DNA of 64,000 bases from Hyphomicrobium sp. (GCA_041659825.1 JBAZXL010000009.1:39455-103454); one strand, 5' to 3'. Positions 17,269 to 27,483 are shown, counted from the stretch's first letter. Translations and numbers: made by a program. Notes: generated from the sequence alone by a model not told the origin.

Positions 17269-17427
17269 GGAAAAGCTCCTGGTTAGGGTGATGGGTAATC
17301 GGTGATGGGTGCCGGGAGGCCGACGATCGAATCTCTTCTCTGGCGCAGCCTCCGGCTCGCCCCCTCCGGGGGCGTTCTCGATCTCTGCTGTTGTGGGGAA
17401 TTGACCGACCGGTGAGGCTGGGAAGCG

Positions 17428-17811
17428 TCAGTTCGAAACAGGTTCGAGGTCTGGCTCGGCGATGCGGCCGGCGGCGACAGATGCCTTGATGTAGGCGGAG
17501 ATGGGAGCGCGCGGGCTCCAATGCTGATCGCGTTCGATCAGAAAAAACCCGTAAGGGTGGCGGAGCGCGGAAAGCTCCGACAGGCTGATGGCGCCAAATT
17601 CGGCGCACCCGCAGTTGAGATCGGCCAAGCCCCAGGCGATGTCGGGATTATCGGCATCGATCTCGGCGAGCAGCCATGTTCCCGCTCCATATGGATTGAA
17701 AAGGCGGACGACGGGATGGAAGTCGATTTCGCGGCCGGTGCCTTTGACGGGGGCTTGGGCTTTGCCATTGGCGATCAGCTGGGCGTGCTGATGTGGGGTT
17801 AAGAATTTCAT
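17428..17811 (-). CDS. DUF2958 family protein
   Basis: PVVRLFNPYGAGTWLLAEID..AWGLADL..AEFGAISLSEL..IERD. Confidence 0.85.
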   Translation of the reverse strand: MKFLTPHQHAQLIANGKAQAPVKGTGREIDFHPVVRLFNPYGAGTWLLAEIDADNPDIAWGLADLNCGCAEFGAISLSELSALRHPYGFFLIERDQHWSPRAPISAYIKASVAAGRIAEPDLEPVSN

Positions 17812-17838
17812 GGAGAAAAGGCTCCTTCTTCATGGTGG

Positions 17839-18312
17839 TCATTGAGCGCGCTGCGTGCAGGCGAGGACGGGCTCCAGGTAGGCGCCGTGGTGCTGATTCG
17901 TGCGCATCCAGTCAGCGGCATCCCGCAGGTTGGCGGCGAGATGCTGGAGCTCGGGGATATCGTTCCAGGCGGAGAGCACGGCGACCGAGCCCGGCGCGGG
18001 CATTTGGGCGATGGCAAAGCCCAGGCTGCTGTCGAGGGCGAAGGTTTTGCGGATTGTAAGGATCACGGTTTTGCCGGTGCCGAAATCGCCCTCGTGCAGG
18101 GTGAAGTGGCCGGGATGCCCGTTCTCGCCTGGCGTGACAGATATGAGGCGACCTTGGGCGTTGGAGCGCCGCCAGACGGCATGCTTGTTTTTGAAGCGCA
18201 GCGGCGGTTCGGGTGCAAGATCGGTGTAGCGAATGATGGCGCCCAGGGGAGCGGCGGCGCAGACTTCGGCTGCGGTCATGAACTGGAGCTGGGCGATGGC
18301 GGTTGCGGTCAT
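17839..18312 (-). CDS. Hypothetical plasmid/ICE protein (157 aa)
   Basis: RBS AAAGGA; GAIIRYTD..PP.RFKNK..W..HEGDFG motif. Confidence 0.7.
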   Translation of the reverse strand: MTATAIAQLQFMTAAEVCAAAPLGAIIRYTDLAPEPPLRFKNKHAVWRRSNAQGRLISVTPGENGHPGHFTLHEGDFGTGKTVILTIRKTFALDSSLGFAIAQMPAPGSVAVLSAWNDIPELQHLAANLRDAADWMRTNQHHGAYLEPVLACTQRAQ

Positions 18313-18501
18313 GGGATGGTCCTTTCAGATCGGGTTGAGGGCACGCCTCTCAATCGAGCGGGCGCGCTTCGCCCGCCTGCGCCGGTCTCTTTCTCTGATG
18401 GGATGCTGAAAATAATGAAGGGCCGAGCCGGTCAGCGCTCAGGGCTTGGTGCCAGCGCGAATGGCGCAGCGGGTCATGGGTAATGTGTGGGATCAGGGGG
18501 C

Positions 18502-19197
18502 CTATTGTATGCGGTGAAACACGGCCGTGACGGTGTTGTTCGGGTCTTCATCCCGCGCTTGCTCTTGCGCGTGTTGGGGATCGTCGGCCGAGAAGTGCAG
18601 GAAGCGCCGGGTTTCCGGGTCGGCCTCGGTTTGCACCAGAACGATGTACTGATCATGGGCCGGGGCGCTGGGGGTGGCGATCAGGTGATCGGTGTTGATG
18701 ATGAGATGGTTTGCGGCCGAATCGTAGAATTCAACCAGAACAGCCGTTAGATCCGGGGCAAAGGTCTGCATGGTCTGGCCGCACGCATCGGCGCGGAAGA
18801 GTTGCAAGCCGCCGATGAAGGCCGAGGCTTGCTCGGGTGTTTTGAAGCAATAGAGATGCAGGCTGGCGTCGGGGTTCAGGGGATCGATCGGCTGATGGCG
18901 TCGATGGGGCTCGGCGTTGCCGGGCTCGGCATTGAAGCTGTATCCGCAGAGGCTGGGCTCGGGGTCTGGATCGGTTGCGTCATGGACGGCGTAGATTTTG
19001 ATCTCAGACGGATTGATCGTCGGAGCGGGCTGCAGCGGGTGGATCAGCGCGTGGTGGATGTTGGAGATGATCTGCTCGAGGGTGGCGCCGGTCTCGCTGC
19101 AAAAGCGGAGCTCATCGTCATCCAGCATGCGTTGGAGCTGACGCTGGGCAGCCTTGAGCGCGGTTGCGGTTTGCGGATCGGGTAAGGCGATGGTCAT
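18502..19197 (-). CDS. Hypothetical multi-module protein (231 aa)
   Basis: RBS AAAGGA before ATG19197. Confidence 0.65.
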   Translation of the reverse strand: MTIALPDPQTATALKAAQRQLQRMLDDDELRFCSETGATLEQIISNIHHALIHPLQPAPTINPSEIKIYAVHDATDPDPEPSLCGYSFNAEPGNAEPHRRHQPIDPLNPDASLHLYCFKTPEQASAFIGGLQLFRADACGQTMQTFAPDLTAVLVEFYDSAANHLIINTDHLIATPSAPAHDQYIVLVQTEADPETRRFLHFSADDPQHAQEQARDEDPNNTVTAVFHRIQ

Positions 19198-19324
19198 GGA
19201 AGGGTCCTTTCGGTTGGTTTTTTTGGGATGCGGGCGCGGCAACTCTCGGGTGTCGCTCCCAGCTTTTCGCCGGGGTAGAACACGGCCTTTTCTTCTCAAG
19301 AAGTGTGCGAGTGAAAAGCGGGGT

Positions 19325-19546
19325 CTACCGGTAAGAGAGCGAGACGTTGCCGACGCTGTTGCCGTTGCTGTCGAGGAGCTTGTGGGCTTCTAGCCCGGCG
19401 CCTTCGTGTTGGATGCGATGGGCAAGATCGGTAAGGATGGCGGCGACTTCGGCTTCGAGATTTTCGATGAAGCAGTCGTTGTCGAGTGTGATGGTCACGG
19501 TCATTTGTTTTGGTGGCTTTGGTGGCTTTGGTGGCTTTGGTGGCAT
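19325..19546 (-). CDS. Small phage-type hypothetical protein (73 aa)
   Basis: ITLDNDCF..EVAAILTDLA..LLDSNGNSVG; RBS AAGGAA. Confidence 0.6.
   Translation of the reverse strand: MPPKPPKPPKPPKQMTVTITLDNDCFIENLEAEVAAILTDLAHRIQHEGAGLEAHKLLDSNGNSVGNVSLSYR
19509..19544. repeat. Tandem repeat (TTTGGTGGC)x4 encoding PPK repeats
   Basis: Four perfect 9-bp copies. Confidence 0.95.
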
Positions 19547-19581
19547 GGGAAATTCTTTCGTTATGAAACGTGGTGGGTACG

Positions 19582-19887
19582 TCAGGCGTAGCTCGTGGCG
19601 TGCTTGGGTGTGCCGTCCCAGGGGTGCAAATAGGCATAGCTTTCGACTTTGGCGGTGCCGTGCTTGCTGATGCGCCGCGTCAGGATCTGGTCGCCGGCGA
19701 ATTGGCCTTTGAGCGGCATGACCTTGTGACGGCACCAGCCTTCGTCTTCGCTGCTGCATTGGAGCTTGCGCAGGGCCAGCGTGGTTTTTCCGCGGCGGGC
19801 GACGATTTCATAGAAATCGATGTTGGTCTGCTCGTAACCCCATGAGGTATAGAGAATGTCGCCAACGGCGCTGTCGTTGAGGGTCAT
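19582..19887 (-). CDS. Plasmid-type hypothetical protein (101 aa)
   Basis: VGDILYTSWGYEQTNIDFYEIV...WDGTP..TSYA; RBS AAAGGA. Confidence 0.75.
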   Translation of the reverse strand: MTLNDSAVGDILYTSWGYEQTNIDFYEIVARRGKTTLALRKLQCSSEDEGWCRHKVMPLKGQFAGDQILTRRISKHGTAKVESYAYLHPWDGTPKHATSYA

Positions 19888-20158
19888 GGCTCGGGTCCTT
19901 TGCTGAGAGGTTGGGATTGGCGCGTTTGCGCTCTCTTTGAACCGGAACGGTTCGCTCTCTGCCGACGGCCCTCTTTCTTTTGAAAAGCGGAAAAGAATAT
20001 CCGCGTAACGACTAATCGCGTCGTGCGGGGATACGGAATGGGTCGATCGATTTTTCAGGGCGCGCTTGGACCGTTGGCGCAGGTAAACACCGAGCGCGCT
20101 GTGGGCGTTGACCCCCGCGTTGGGCTTTAAGTGCGAGACATGTTTTTGGATGAGGCAT

Positions 20159-20191
20159 AAAAAAACCCCGAGCGCCGCGAAGCGCTCAGGG
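20159..20191 (-). terminator. Intrinsic terminator after the DUF2493 gene
   Basis: CCCCGAGCGC/GCGCTCAGGG stem followed by T7 on the minus strand. Confidence 0.7.
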
Positions 20192-20207
20192 CTTGGGCGG
20201 TCATCGT

Positions 20208-21149
20208 TTACCGCGCGACCTTCTGGGTGCGGTAATCATTGAGCGGGATCTTGGCGGCTTTGGCCTTGTCGGCCATGTTGTGCTGGACGCCGGTGCCGTC
20301 GAAGACCAGCACGCCGCGCGGCTCGAGCTTGAGGATCTCATCGTTACGCATGAAGCCGGCGCGGGTCTTGCCCCAGCGGGCGAAGTCGGGCTTGAACGGC
20401 ATATGCGTGACACCGCGGGCGGAGGCCCATTTGGTGGCAATGAGATCAGCGCCCTTGTCGGCACCGCCATGGATCAGGATCATGTCGGGGAAGCGCTTGA
20501 GGAGGGTATCGAGCTTTTCGTAAATGAGCGCCACGTTGTTGTATTCGACGCCGCCGGACAAGGCGATCAGAGTCCCGGGAGGGGTAAGCGTGTTGGTTTC
20601 CTTGTACCGCTTGGCCTTGATGTAATCCTTGGAATCGAGGATGGCAGCGGTCATGGTCTTGCGGTTGGCAAGCGATCCGGCTCTTGGACGCCATGCGCTT
20701 CCGGTGATGGCTTCGAAATGCGCGCCGGCGAGATCGCGACAGGCTTCGAAGAGGTCACGCTTATGGAGGATGGCTATGCCGTGGGCGATGAGGTTTTCCA
20801 GCTCGACGGACCGGACTTCCGAGCCGTCCTGCTGTTCCTGCGAATAGCGCTGGCGCGATTCGTTGTCATCGAGCATGCGTTGCACGGTGGCCGCTTTGCG
20901 GTGGAAGATATTGGCGAGCGACCAGAGCAGATCATCGAGGTCGGGTTCCAAGGCGCTGTCCTGCAGGGTATCGGACATGATCTGGAACATGGCGGAAATG
21001 GCCTGGTCCATATCCTCGGTTTCCGGAAGGGGCCGCTGGTCGATTTCATCGGCAGAGGGGGTATAACCGAAGGTTTGCAGGCCTTCGATGACGGCGGCGG
21101 TAGCGGAGCCCTCGTAGGAGGCGTGCTCGGAAGGATCGTAGTGGGACAT
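20208..21149 (-). CDS. DUF2493 (YspA/SLOG-like) domain protein
   Basis: IALSGGVEYN..LIHGGADKGADLIATKWA..FMRNDEIL..VFDGTG; RBS AAGGAG before ATG21149. Confidence 0.85.
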   Translation of the reverse strand: MSHYDPSEHASYEGSATAAVIEGLQTFGYTPSADEIDQRPLPETEDMDQAISAMFQIMSDTLQDSALEPDLDDLLWSLANIFHRKAATVQRMLDDNESRQRYSQEQQDGSEVRSVELENLIAHGIAILHKRDLFEACRDLAGAHFEAITGSAWRPRAGSLANRKTMTAAILDSKDYIKAKRYKETNTLTPPGTLIALSGGVEYNNVALIYEKLDTLLKRFPDMILIHGGADKGADLIATKWASARGVTHMPFKPDFARWGKTRAGFMRNDEILKLEPRGVLVFDGTGVQHNMADKAKAAKIPLNDYRTQKVAR

Positions 21150-21176
21150 AAGATTTCTCCTTAGATAAAGTTCGGA

Positions 21177-21340
21177 GCCGTGGACCATCCACGGCCTTTC
21201 GCGATCCTCTTGCCTGAGCCAGAAAGCGGGTGTCACCGCAGCGTCGCGGACTTGTCCGCGCGCAAGGCGGCGCAACGCGCCGACCCTCTGGGTTGACCCC
21301 GCGCTGGCTCTGGCATGATCGCGTCTTCAAAAGGCCGTGG
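21177..21340. promoter_or_regulatory. About 150-nt branched stem-loop leader with an alternative pairing
   Basis: Arms 21189-21237 and 21291-21340 are imperfectly complementary; inner 7-bp hairpin at 21245-21260; competing 8-bp IR at 21177-21195. Confidence 0.6.
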
Positions 21341-21403
21341 CTCCACGCGCGCTGCTTTTCTGGGAGAGCGGTCCCGCGCCATCGATGCGAACGGGGAAAG
21401 GGG

Positions 21404-22483
21404 CTATGTCGCCCCGCGCTCAGGGATCGGGCTTTGCTGACCACGCGCTGATCGATTCAATGGGGACAAGGCCGGGGCGATATCGTCCGGGTGCAGTTGT
21501 GAAAGTGCCAGATCGCGCGATGCGGCAAAGCCGAGATGGCGCAGATCGCCGTTCCAGTCATCGAGCGCGGGGATCAGCGGAAAGGCTGCGGTGCCTTGGG
21601 CGCGGGCGGTGCGCGAAAGGGCGGCCCAGGCCATGGCGCCGGCGGGATCGTTGTCGAGCGCGACATACAGGCGGCGCAACGAGAGCGGCAGGCGCAAAAG
21701 GGCGAGGTGGTCGGCCGTCAGGGCTGATACGGCAGGGATCCATGGCAGAAGCGAACGGATGGACAGCATGGTCTCAAGGCCCTCACCGGCGATGAGGACG
21801 TCGCGGGCAACGCCGAAACGCACGCCATGGCCAAGCATGCGGCCCATGGCGCGTCGCGGATCGAGAATGGAAGCCAGGGAGGGCGTGGCCGGATCGAGCC
21901 AGGTGCGATTGATGCCGGTTAGCGTGCCGGACAGGTCGGTGATGGCGGCCAGCAGGGCGGGAAAGGCTTGCAGCGGTTCATCATCGTCCTCGCGATAGTA
22001 GCAGTTGGGATGAAAACGCAACGCAGCGTATTGTAATGAGGCGGTAATGGCCCGGCTGCGCAGATAGCGTTCGGCATGGGTGCCGTGGATGTCCTTGCTC
22101 GAACGGAACAGGCGCATGGCTTTGGCGGCATGTTCGGAAGGCGGGAACGATAGTGCAGGTGGCGGCGGATTGGGCCGCGGAAGGGATAGAAAGCGGCGTG
22201 CTTCATCTAGGGTTTCGGGAAAGCTGATGCCGCCGTTGGCGGCGGCGATAATATCGAGAAGATCGCCGTGTTGCCCCGTCGCTCGGTCGGCCCATTTTCC
22301 GGCTGCGCCCGGCCCATAGTCGGGGCCCTGTAAGCGCACGTGCATGCTGCGGCCTTTGTCACCGGAGAGGTTTCCGAGGATCCAGTGGTTGCCGGTTTTG
22401 CGGCCATTGGGGAGATAGGTCTGGCAGACGGCCAGGGCATGACGGGACAACAGCCTGGCGATTTCGTTGGTATCTTTGCTCAT
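21404..22483 (-). CDS. DUF7146/Toprim primase-like protein with N-terminal Zn-finger-like region
   Basis: LPNGRKTG..WILG, GKWADRATGQHGDLLDII, AERYLRSR, IAGEGLETMLS, VALDNDPAG; RBS AGAAAGGA before ATG22483. Confidence 0.85.
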   Translation of the reverse strand: MSKDTNEIARLLSRHALAVCQTYLPNGRKTGNHWILGNLSGDKGRSMHVRLQGPDYGPGAAGKWADRATGQHGDLLDIIAAANGGISFPETLDEARRFLSLPRPNPPPPALSFPPSEHAAKAMRLFRSSKDIHGTHAERYLRSRAITASLQYAALRFHPNCYYREDDDEPLQAFPALLAAITDLSGTLTGINRTWLDPATPSLASILDPRRAMGRMLGHGVRFGVARDVLIAGEGLETMLSIRSLLPWIPAVSALTADHLALLRLPLSLRRLYVALDNDPAGAMAWAALSRTARAQGTAAFPLIPALDDWNGDLRHLGFAASRDLALSQLHPDDIAPALSPLNRSARGQQSPIPERGAT

Positions 22484-22568
22484 ACGCGCGTCCTTTCTTG
22501 CGCCATGGGGCCTCCTCCTCTCTGCGGCATCAGCCCGAGAGGAGGCGTGGGTTGGCAGCAGGTAAGGA

Positions 22569-25500
22569 TCAGCGCGGGGGATAGCGCTTGAAAAGCTTCT
22601 CGAGAATGCCGTTGGCCTCATCGCCCATGGGCACGAACAGCCGCAGTTTGTAGGCGATGATCTCCGTGGTGAGGCCCATGGCCTTGAGGCCTGGCAGGCT
22701 GACGTCATTGAAGCCGGTGAGCTCGATGCGCGGGGCATACATGACGCTGACCTTGCGCAGGCACAGGCCTTCGGCCAGATCGATAATGCCGCCGGTGTTG
22801 AGGTGGTCGTAGGCTTCGCCCGGTTGTTCGAAGCTGGGCGTGAGCCCAAGATTGGCCAGATCGGCCATATTTACCGGGCGTCCGATGACTTTTTCGCCGT
22901 CATCGGTGGTGAAGCGATAGATATGGCAGTGATCGCTCGGCAGGCGGTTCCAGATCGGAAGCAGGAGGCCTGTGACGATGAACAGGCGCGAGGTGACGAA
23001 CTCGGGGATTTTGGCAAGCTGGGCGGCCCAGAGCTGTTCGAAGGTTTCGCGGTCGCACTCTTTCCAGGATGAAAGGTGCAGGCTGGTTTCGCTGAGGTAA
23101 TCGGTTTCCATCGGGCGGAGGATGCGATAGCGGCGCTCGACCGAGCCGTCCTCGATCGTGCGTGAGGGGGAACTGACCAGGAGAGCGGCGGTGCCGGATT
23201 TTTCGTTGGTGATGAATTTGGCCTTGGCGTCGAAGGCGATCTCGATGGCGCGTTCGAGCGTCAGGGGCGCGGTTCGGTTCTTGCGCTCCACCTCATAGAG
23301 CAGGGTTTCGGCCCCGCTCTTGTGACGGTCGATTGCCTGGCGCTTGGTGACGATCAGGCTGTGGGCGGTGATGGTCTCTAAGCCGATTTCGTAGCGGCCT
23401 TCGGAGATGGCGTGCTCGATGATGCCGGCGAGGATGTTTTCCCAGATGCGCGAACAGCGCGTTCTGCATGTCGATTTTTAGCGCCAGCATGCGGTTGAGG
23501 AAGGTGTGCATGGGCGGCATTTCGGAGCGTACCGCGCCGAGATCAATCGAAAGCTTAAGGCCAGTCACATCTTCGAAGTCTTCGAGCGAGCATTCCGGGA
23601 TCTTGCCGAGGATGATCTGCTGGTAGAAGACGTTGAGGGCGGTACGGGCGTAGGGGCTTTCCAGATTGTCTTCCGGGCGGAAGAGGCCCTGGCCGCCGGT
23701 TTGACGCTGGCCTTTTGTGATGGCGCCGAGGGTATCGAGGCGTCTGGCGATGGTGGAGAGAAAGCGCTTTTCACCGCGTACGTCCGTGGCCACGGGGCGG
23801 CAAACGGGAGCGGAGGCTTGATGGGTGCGGTTGGTGCGGCCGAGGCCTTGAATGGCGGCGTCGGCTTTCCAGCCGGGTTCCAGAACGTAGTGGACGCGGC
23901 GGCGCTGGTTGTTGGCGGTGAGCGCGGCGTGATAGCTGCGCCCGGTGCCGCCCGCATCGGAAAAAATCAGGATCTGCTTGCGATCGTCCATGAAGGCGGC
24001 GGTTTCGGCGAGATTGGCCGAACCGGAGCGGTTTTCAACGGCCAGCACGGGGCGGCCGTGTGCGCCGGTCTTTTTGACGATGCGGCGGCTGCGGCCCGTG
24101 ACCTCGGCGACGATATCGGTGCCGAAGTGCTGGATGATCTGATCGAGGGCCGATTGAACGGCCGGAAGGGCAGAGAGGCTTTCGATCATGTCATCGCGCA
24201 GGCGCTCGGCCGCACGGCAGATGACGGGCTGGCCGTCTTCCATGGCGGGGCGGGAATGGAGCTTGCCGTCTTCGTCGGAATAGGTTTCGTACAGCGTGAC
24301 GGTGAACGCGTGATGCAGATAGTCGAGGACGTATTCGCGCGGGGTGATGTCGATGTTGAGATCGCCCCATTCCGATGGCGGAATGAGCGCCAGGCGGCGC
24401 TTCAAGAGGGCTTCCGATGTTGTGACCAGCTGGATGACGGGGGCGTGACCGCGATCGAGATCGGCCTGCAGAGCCTTGATCAAGGTCGGAATTTTCATGG
24501 ATGTGATCAGGTGGTTGAAGAAGCGCTGCTTGTTGGATTCGAAGGCCCCTTTGGCCGCGCTTTTGGCCTGGCCGTTGAGGGTGCCGTCCTCCGGGCTGGT
24601 AATGTTGGCGGCATCGAGGGCGTCGGTCAGGTTGTGATGGATGATCTGGAACGCTTCGGCATAGGCGTCGTAGATGCGGATCTGCTCGGCGGTCAGCACA
24701 TGCTCCAGCATGTCGACCTCAACGTCCTCGAAGGAGAGCGTGCGCGCGGTATAAAGGCCCAGGGCCTTGGCATCGCGGGCCAGCACTTCCATGGCGGGGA
24801 TGCCGCCGGCATGCATGGCCTGAATGAATTCGGCGCGGGTGACGAATGGGAAATCAGCTCCGCCCCAGAATCCAAGGCGGGAGGCGTAGGCGAGATTCTC
24901 GACAACCGTGGCGCCGGTTGCGGACACATAGGTGACGCGGGCGTGGGGCAGGGCGTTTTGCAGAGAAAGCCCGGCGATGCCTTGCAGCGAGGCGCTGATT
25001 TTGCCGCGTTCGGATTCGCCGGGGGAGGCGTTGGCAAGGGCGTGGGCTTCATCGAGGATGATCGGTCCGTCGAAATCGCGGCCCAGCCAGTCGAGGATCT
25101 GTTGCAGGCGTGAGCCTTTGCTGTTCGTGCCAGCGGATCGCAACGTAGCGTATGTGGTGAAAAGGATTCCTTCATCGAGGACGATGGGTTTCCCAGGTGA
25201 GAATTTTCCTTGCAGCACGATCTGCAGCTTTTCCTGCCCGAGATCGGACCAATCGCGCTGGGCGTCTTCCAGAAGCTCGTCGTTCTTTGAGATCCAGAGT
25301 GCGCGGCGGCGGCCTTTGAGCCAGTTGTCGAGAATGATGCCCGCGGCTTCGCGGCCCTTACCGCATCCGGTGCCGTCGCCGATGAAGAACCCTTTGCGGT
25401 AGGTGACGGCCGTGTCGTCATCGTCTTTGGCGGGGTGAAGGGCGTGGGGCTTGTCGCCCAGGAGCCATTTGCCGGAGAGATAATGGTTGTGGGCTTCACC

Positions 25501-26886
25501 GGCCAGAATGATGGTTTCGAGCTGGGCATCGGAGAGGATGCCGTCTTCGATCAGCTTGGCGGGAAGATGCGGACGGTAGGTCGGTACCGGGGGCCTCACG
25601 GATGCCATCGCCGCCGATTGCATGAGCTTGGAGGGATGCGGTTTGGCGCCGGGTATGGCGATGGAATCGAGGCGATACGGCTCGTAAATATTATCGCTGG
25701 TGGCCGGGGCTTGGGCGGCATCCTCACGCGGATGGTAGTCGAGTTCGGTGATGTTTTCCGGTTCGGGGGCCTTGGCGGCCGGGGCGGCCGTCGCGGGTCG
25801 GCGCTTTTGCGTAGAGAACAGCGCGATCGGGGACGCGGCTGGATCGGGAAGGGCCGGAATGTTTGGGACGCTGCGCGCGGGAAGGCTGCACTGGATCAGG
25901 TCGAGCAACAGGGCCGGATCGGTGATGTCGTCATGATAGGCGGGCGGCGTGGCGTGCTCGGAGCCTTTTTCGATGACGGTGATGCGGGTTTCGATGGCGG
26001 TGCCGTGCTTGGCGAAGAAGCGGCCGCCAAGGGAGGCTGAAAACAGGATCTGGCCGAGATCTCCAATCTTGCCGAAGATATCGAGATATGAGGGGTTCGA
26101 TGGAATGCATGCCTTTCCGGTGATGGCGACCAAGCGTCCGCCGGGGGCGAGGCGCTTGAGGGCGGCATGGATATGGAGCGCGTCGACGCCCTGATGTTTG
26201 CTTGCGACATTGGCCTTGGCCGAGAAGGGCGGGTTCATGAGCACGAGGCTGGGTTGCAGGGCGCGGGGCAGGTAGTCATCGATATTTTCGGCGTTGAAGC
26301 GTGAGAGGTGTGCGCTGGGGAACAACGCGGCGAGCATATCGGCGCGGGTGGCCGCAAGTTCATTGAGGATGGGCTTGGCCTGCAGGGCGTGGGCGTGGAC
26401 GGCCAGCATGCCGGTTCCGGCTGAAGGTTCGAGCAGGGTATCGGTCTGCGTGATGGCACCAGCCTCGGCGGCGATGAAGGCGAGTTCGAGGGGAGTGGAG
26501 AATTGCTGGAAGGCCTGGCTGTCTTCCGAGCGGCGGGTGTGGGTCGGGATGAGATCGGCAAGGGTGCGCAGCATCGGCAGAACATTGCGGGGTGCGCCGG
26601 CTCTCTCGCGCATGGCGGCAAGGTACTTCTGCAGGAAAATTATGAGTGCGGCTTCGCAGGCCTCGTAGGCGTCCTTCCATTGCCATAGGCCCTCATTGTC
26701 GTTGGTTTGAAATACGCAACGCATCGTATCGCGCAGGGCGTGGGCTTCGATCTTTGTGCCTTGCTCAAGGAGCGGGACAAGCAGGTGGGCTGCCGCGACG
26801 ATGCGTTCGCCTTTGGCCGTGGCCGGTGCGGGTGTGTTGGAGGGGGCGAGCGCAAGGCTCTCCTGAAATGAGTTTGAAGTTTGCAT
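22569..26886 (-). pseudogene. Strawberry-notch family methyltransferase-helicase (about 1438 aa) split by a 1-nt insertion near 23441-23443
   Basis: LLEPSAGTG and LMNPPF (MTase); GDGTGCGKGRE, ILDEAH, QGLGRTNRTHQ (helicase). Removing one G restores HLENILAGIIEHAISEGRYEIG, in frame with ORF 22569..23291. Confidence 0.85.
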
Positions 26887-26988
26887 GATGGCTCCATCGT
26901 TGCGGTTTGATCCGCGGGAGCTGCCTTGCCCTCTGCAAAGCCGCTCTGCGGCGACGCATGGGAAGCCATCCTTTCTCTTTGGGGGCCA

Positions 26989-27468
26989 TCAGGCGGGCGT
27001 GGCGGGATAGACGCTCAGACGGTGTTCGTCGAGACGGCAGACATGGCCGTAGGGAAGATCGCCGCCTTCCCGTTTGAGGATGGATTCGTAAGCGGCTTCC
27101 GGGTCTCCGGAGAATGTCCGTCGTTCTTCACCGGTCATGTAGGGCGTAAGGGCAGCTTCGAAGGCGATCAGCGCGGAAGGCTTGTGGCTGAAGATATCGA
27201 CGCTCGGTTCGTTGTCGCCGTCATCGATATGCAGCAACCAGATTTTTGTAGGGATGGTGCCGGGTTCGAGAACGACAGATAAGTCATCCAGCTCCTGGAT
27301 TTCGTCGAAGGGAATATCGCGCTCGTCCAAGGCGTGGGTGTCACCTGGGATCCAGTGACAGTTGTCGCCTTCCGCCAGAGCCAGGGCGGCTTCGGAAGAG
27401 TCGGCCGGAATGATGGCTGCGAAGATCTGGCGGGCATCGCGGTATTGGGTGACACGGTAGCGGGGCAT
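26989..27468 (-). CDS. Hypothetical acidic protein (159 aa), first gene of the backbone
   Basis: RBS AGAAGGAAA before ATG27468. Confidence 0.65.
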   Translation of the reverse strand: MPRYRVTQYRDARQIFAAIIPADSSEAALALAEGDNCHWIPGDTHALDERDIPFDEIQELDDLSVVLEPGTIPTKIWLLHIDDGDNEPSVDIFSHKPSALIAFEAALTPYMTGEERRTFSGDPEAAYESILKREGGDLPYGHVCRLDEHRLSVYPATPA

Positions 27469-27483
27469 GGGGTTTCCTTTCTC

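Larger units (their letters stand above)
1697..27468 (-). mobile_element. Backbone (leading-region-like) of a conjugative/integrative element or plasmid, with inserted cassettes
   Basis: Co-oriented strawberry-notch helicase, Toprim, DUF2493, DUF2958, long ParB, DUF6927 and PcfJ genes, typical of alphaproteobacterial ICE/plasmid backbones. The element ends are not visible. Confidence 0.75.

Noticed and set aside
19509-19544. Phase variation by the 9-bp tandem repeat
   Set aside because: The unit is a multiple of three, so slippage only changes a PPK linker length.
20128-20135. TAAGTGCG as a MOBQ-type nic site
   Set aside because: It is followed by AGAC rather than CCC, has no convincing adjacent IR, and no relaxase is in view.
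23437-23443. GGGAAAA slippery heptamer as a programmed -1 frameshift in the strawberry-notch gene
   Set aside because: Restoring the protein needs a +1 shift; the -1 frame reaches TAG within about 13 codons.
23506-25113. 535-aa plus-strand ORF
   Set aside because: Antisense shadow of the helicase in high-GC DNA, with no motifs or RBS. The same applies to 16459..17286, 33919..35157, 40885..41931, 47732..48964 and 50059..51138.
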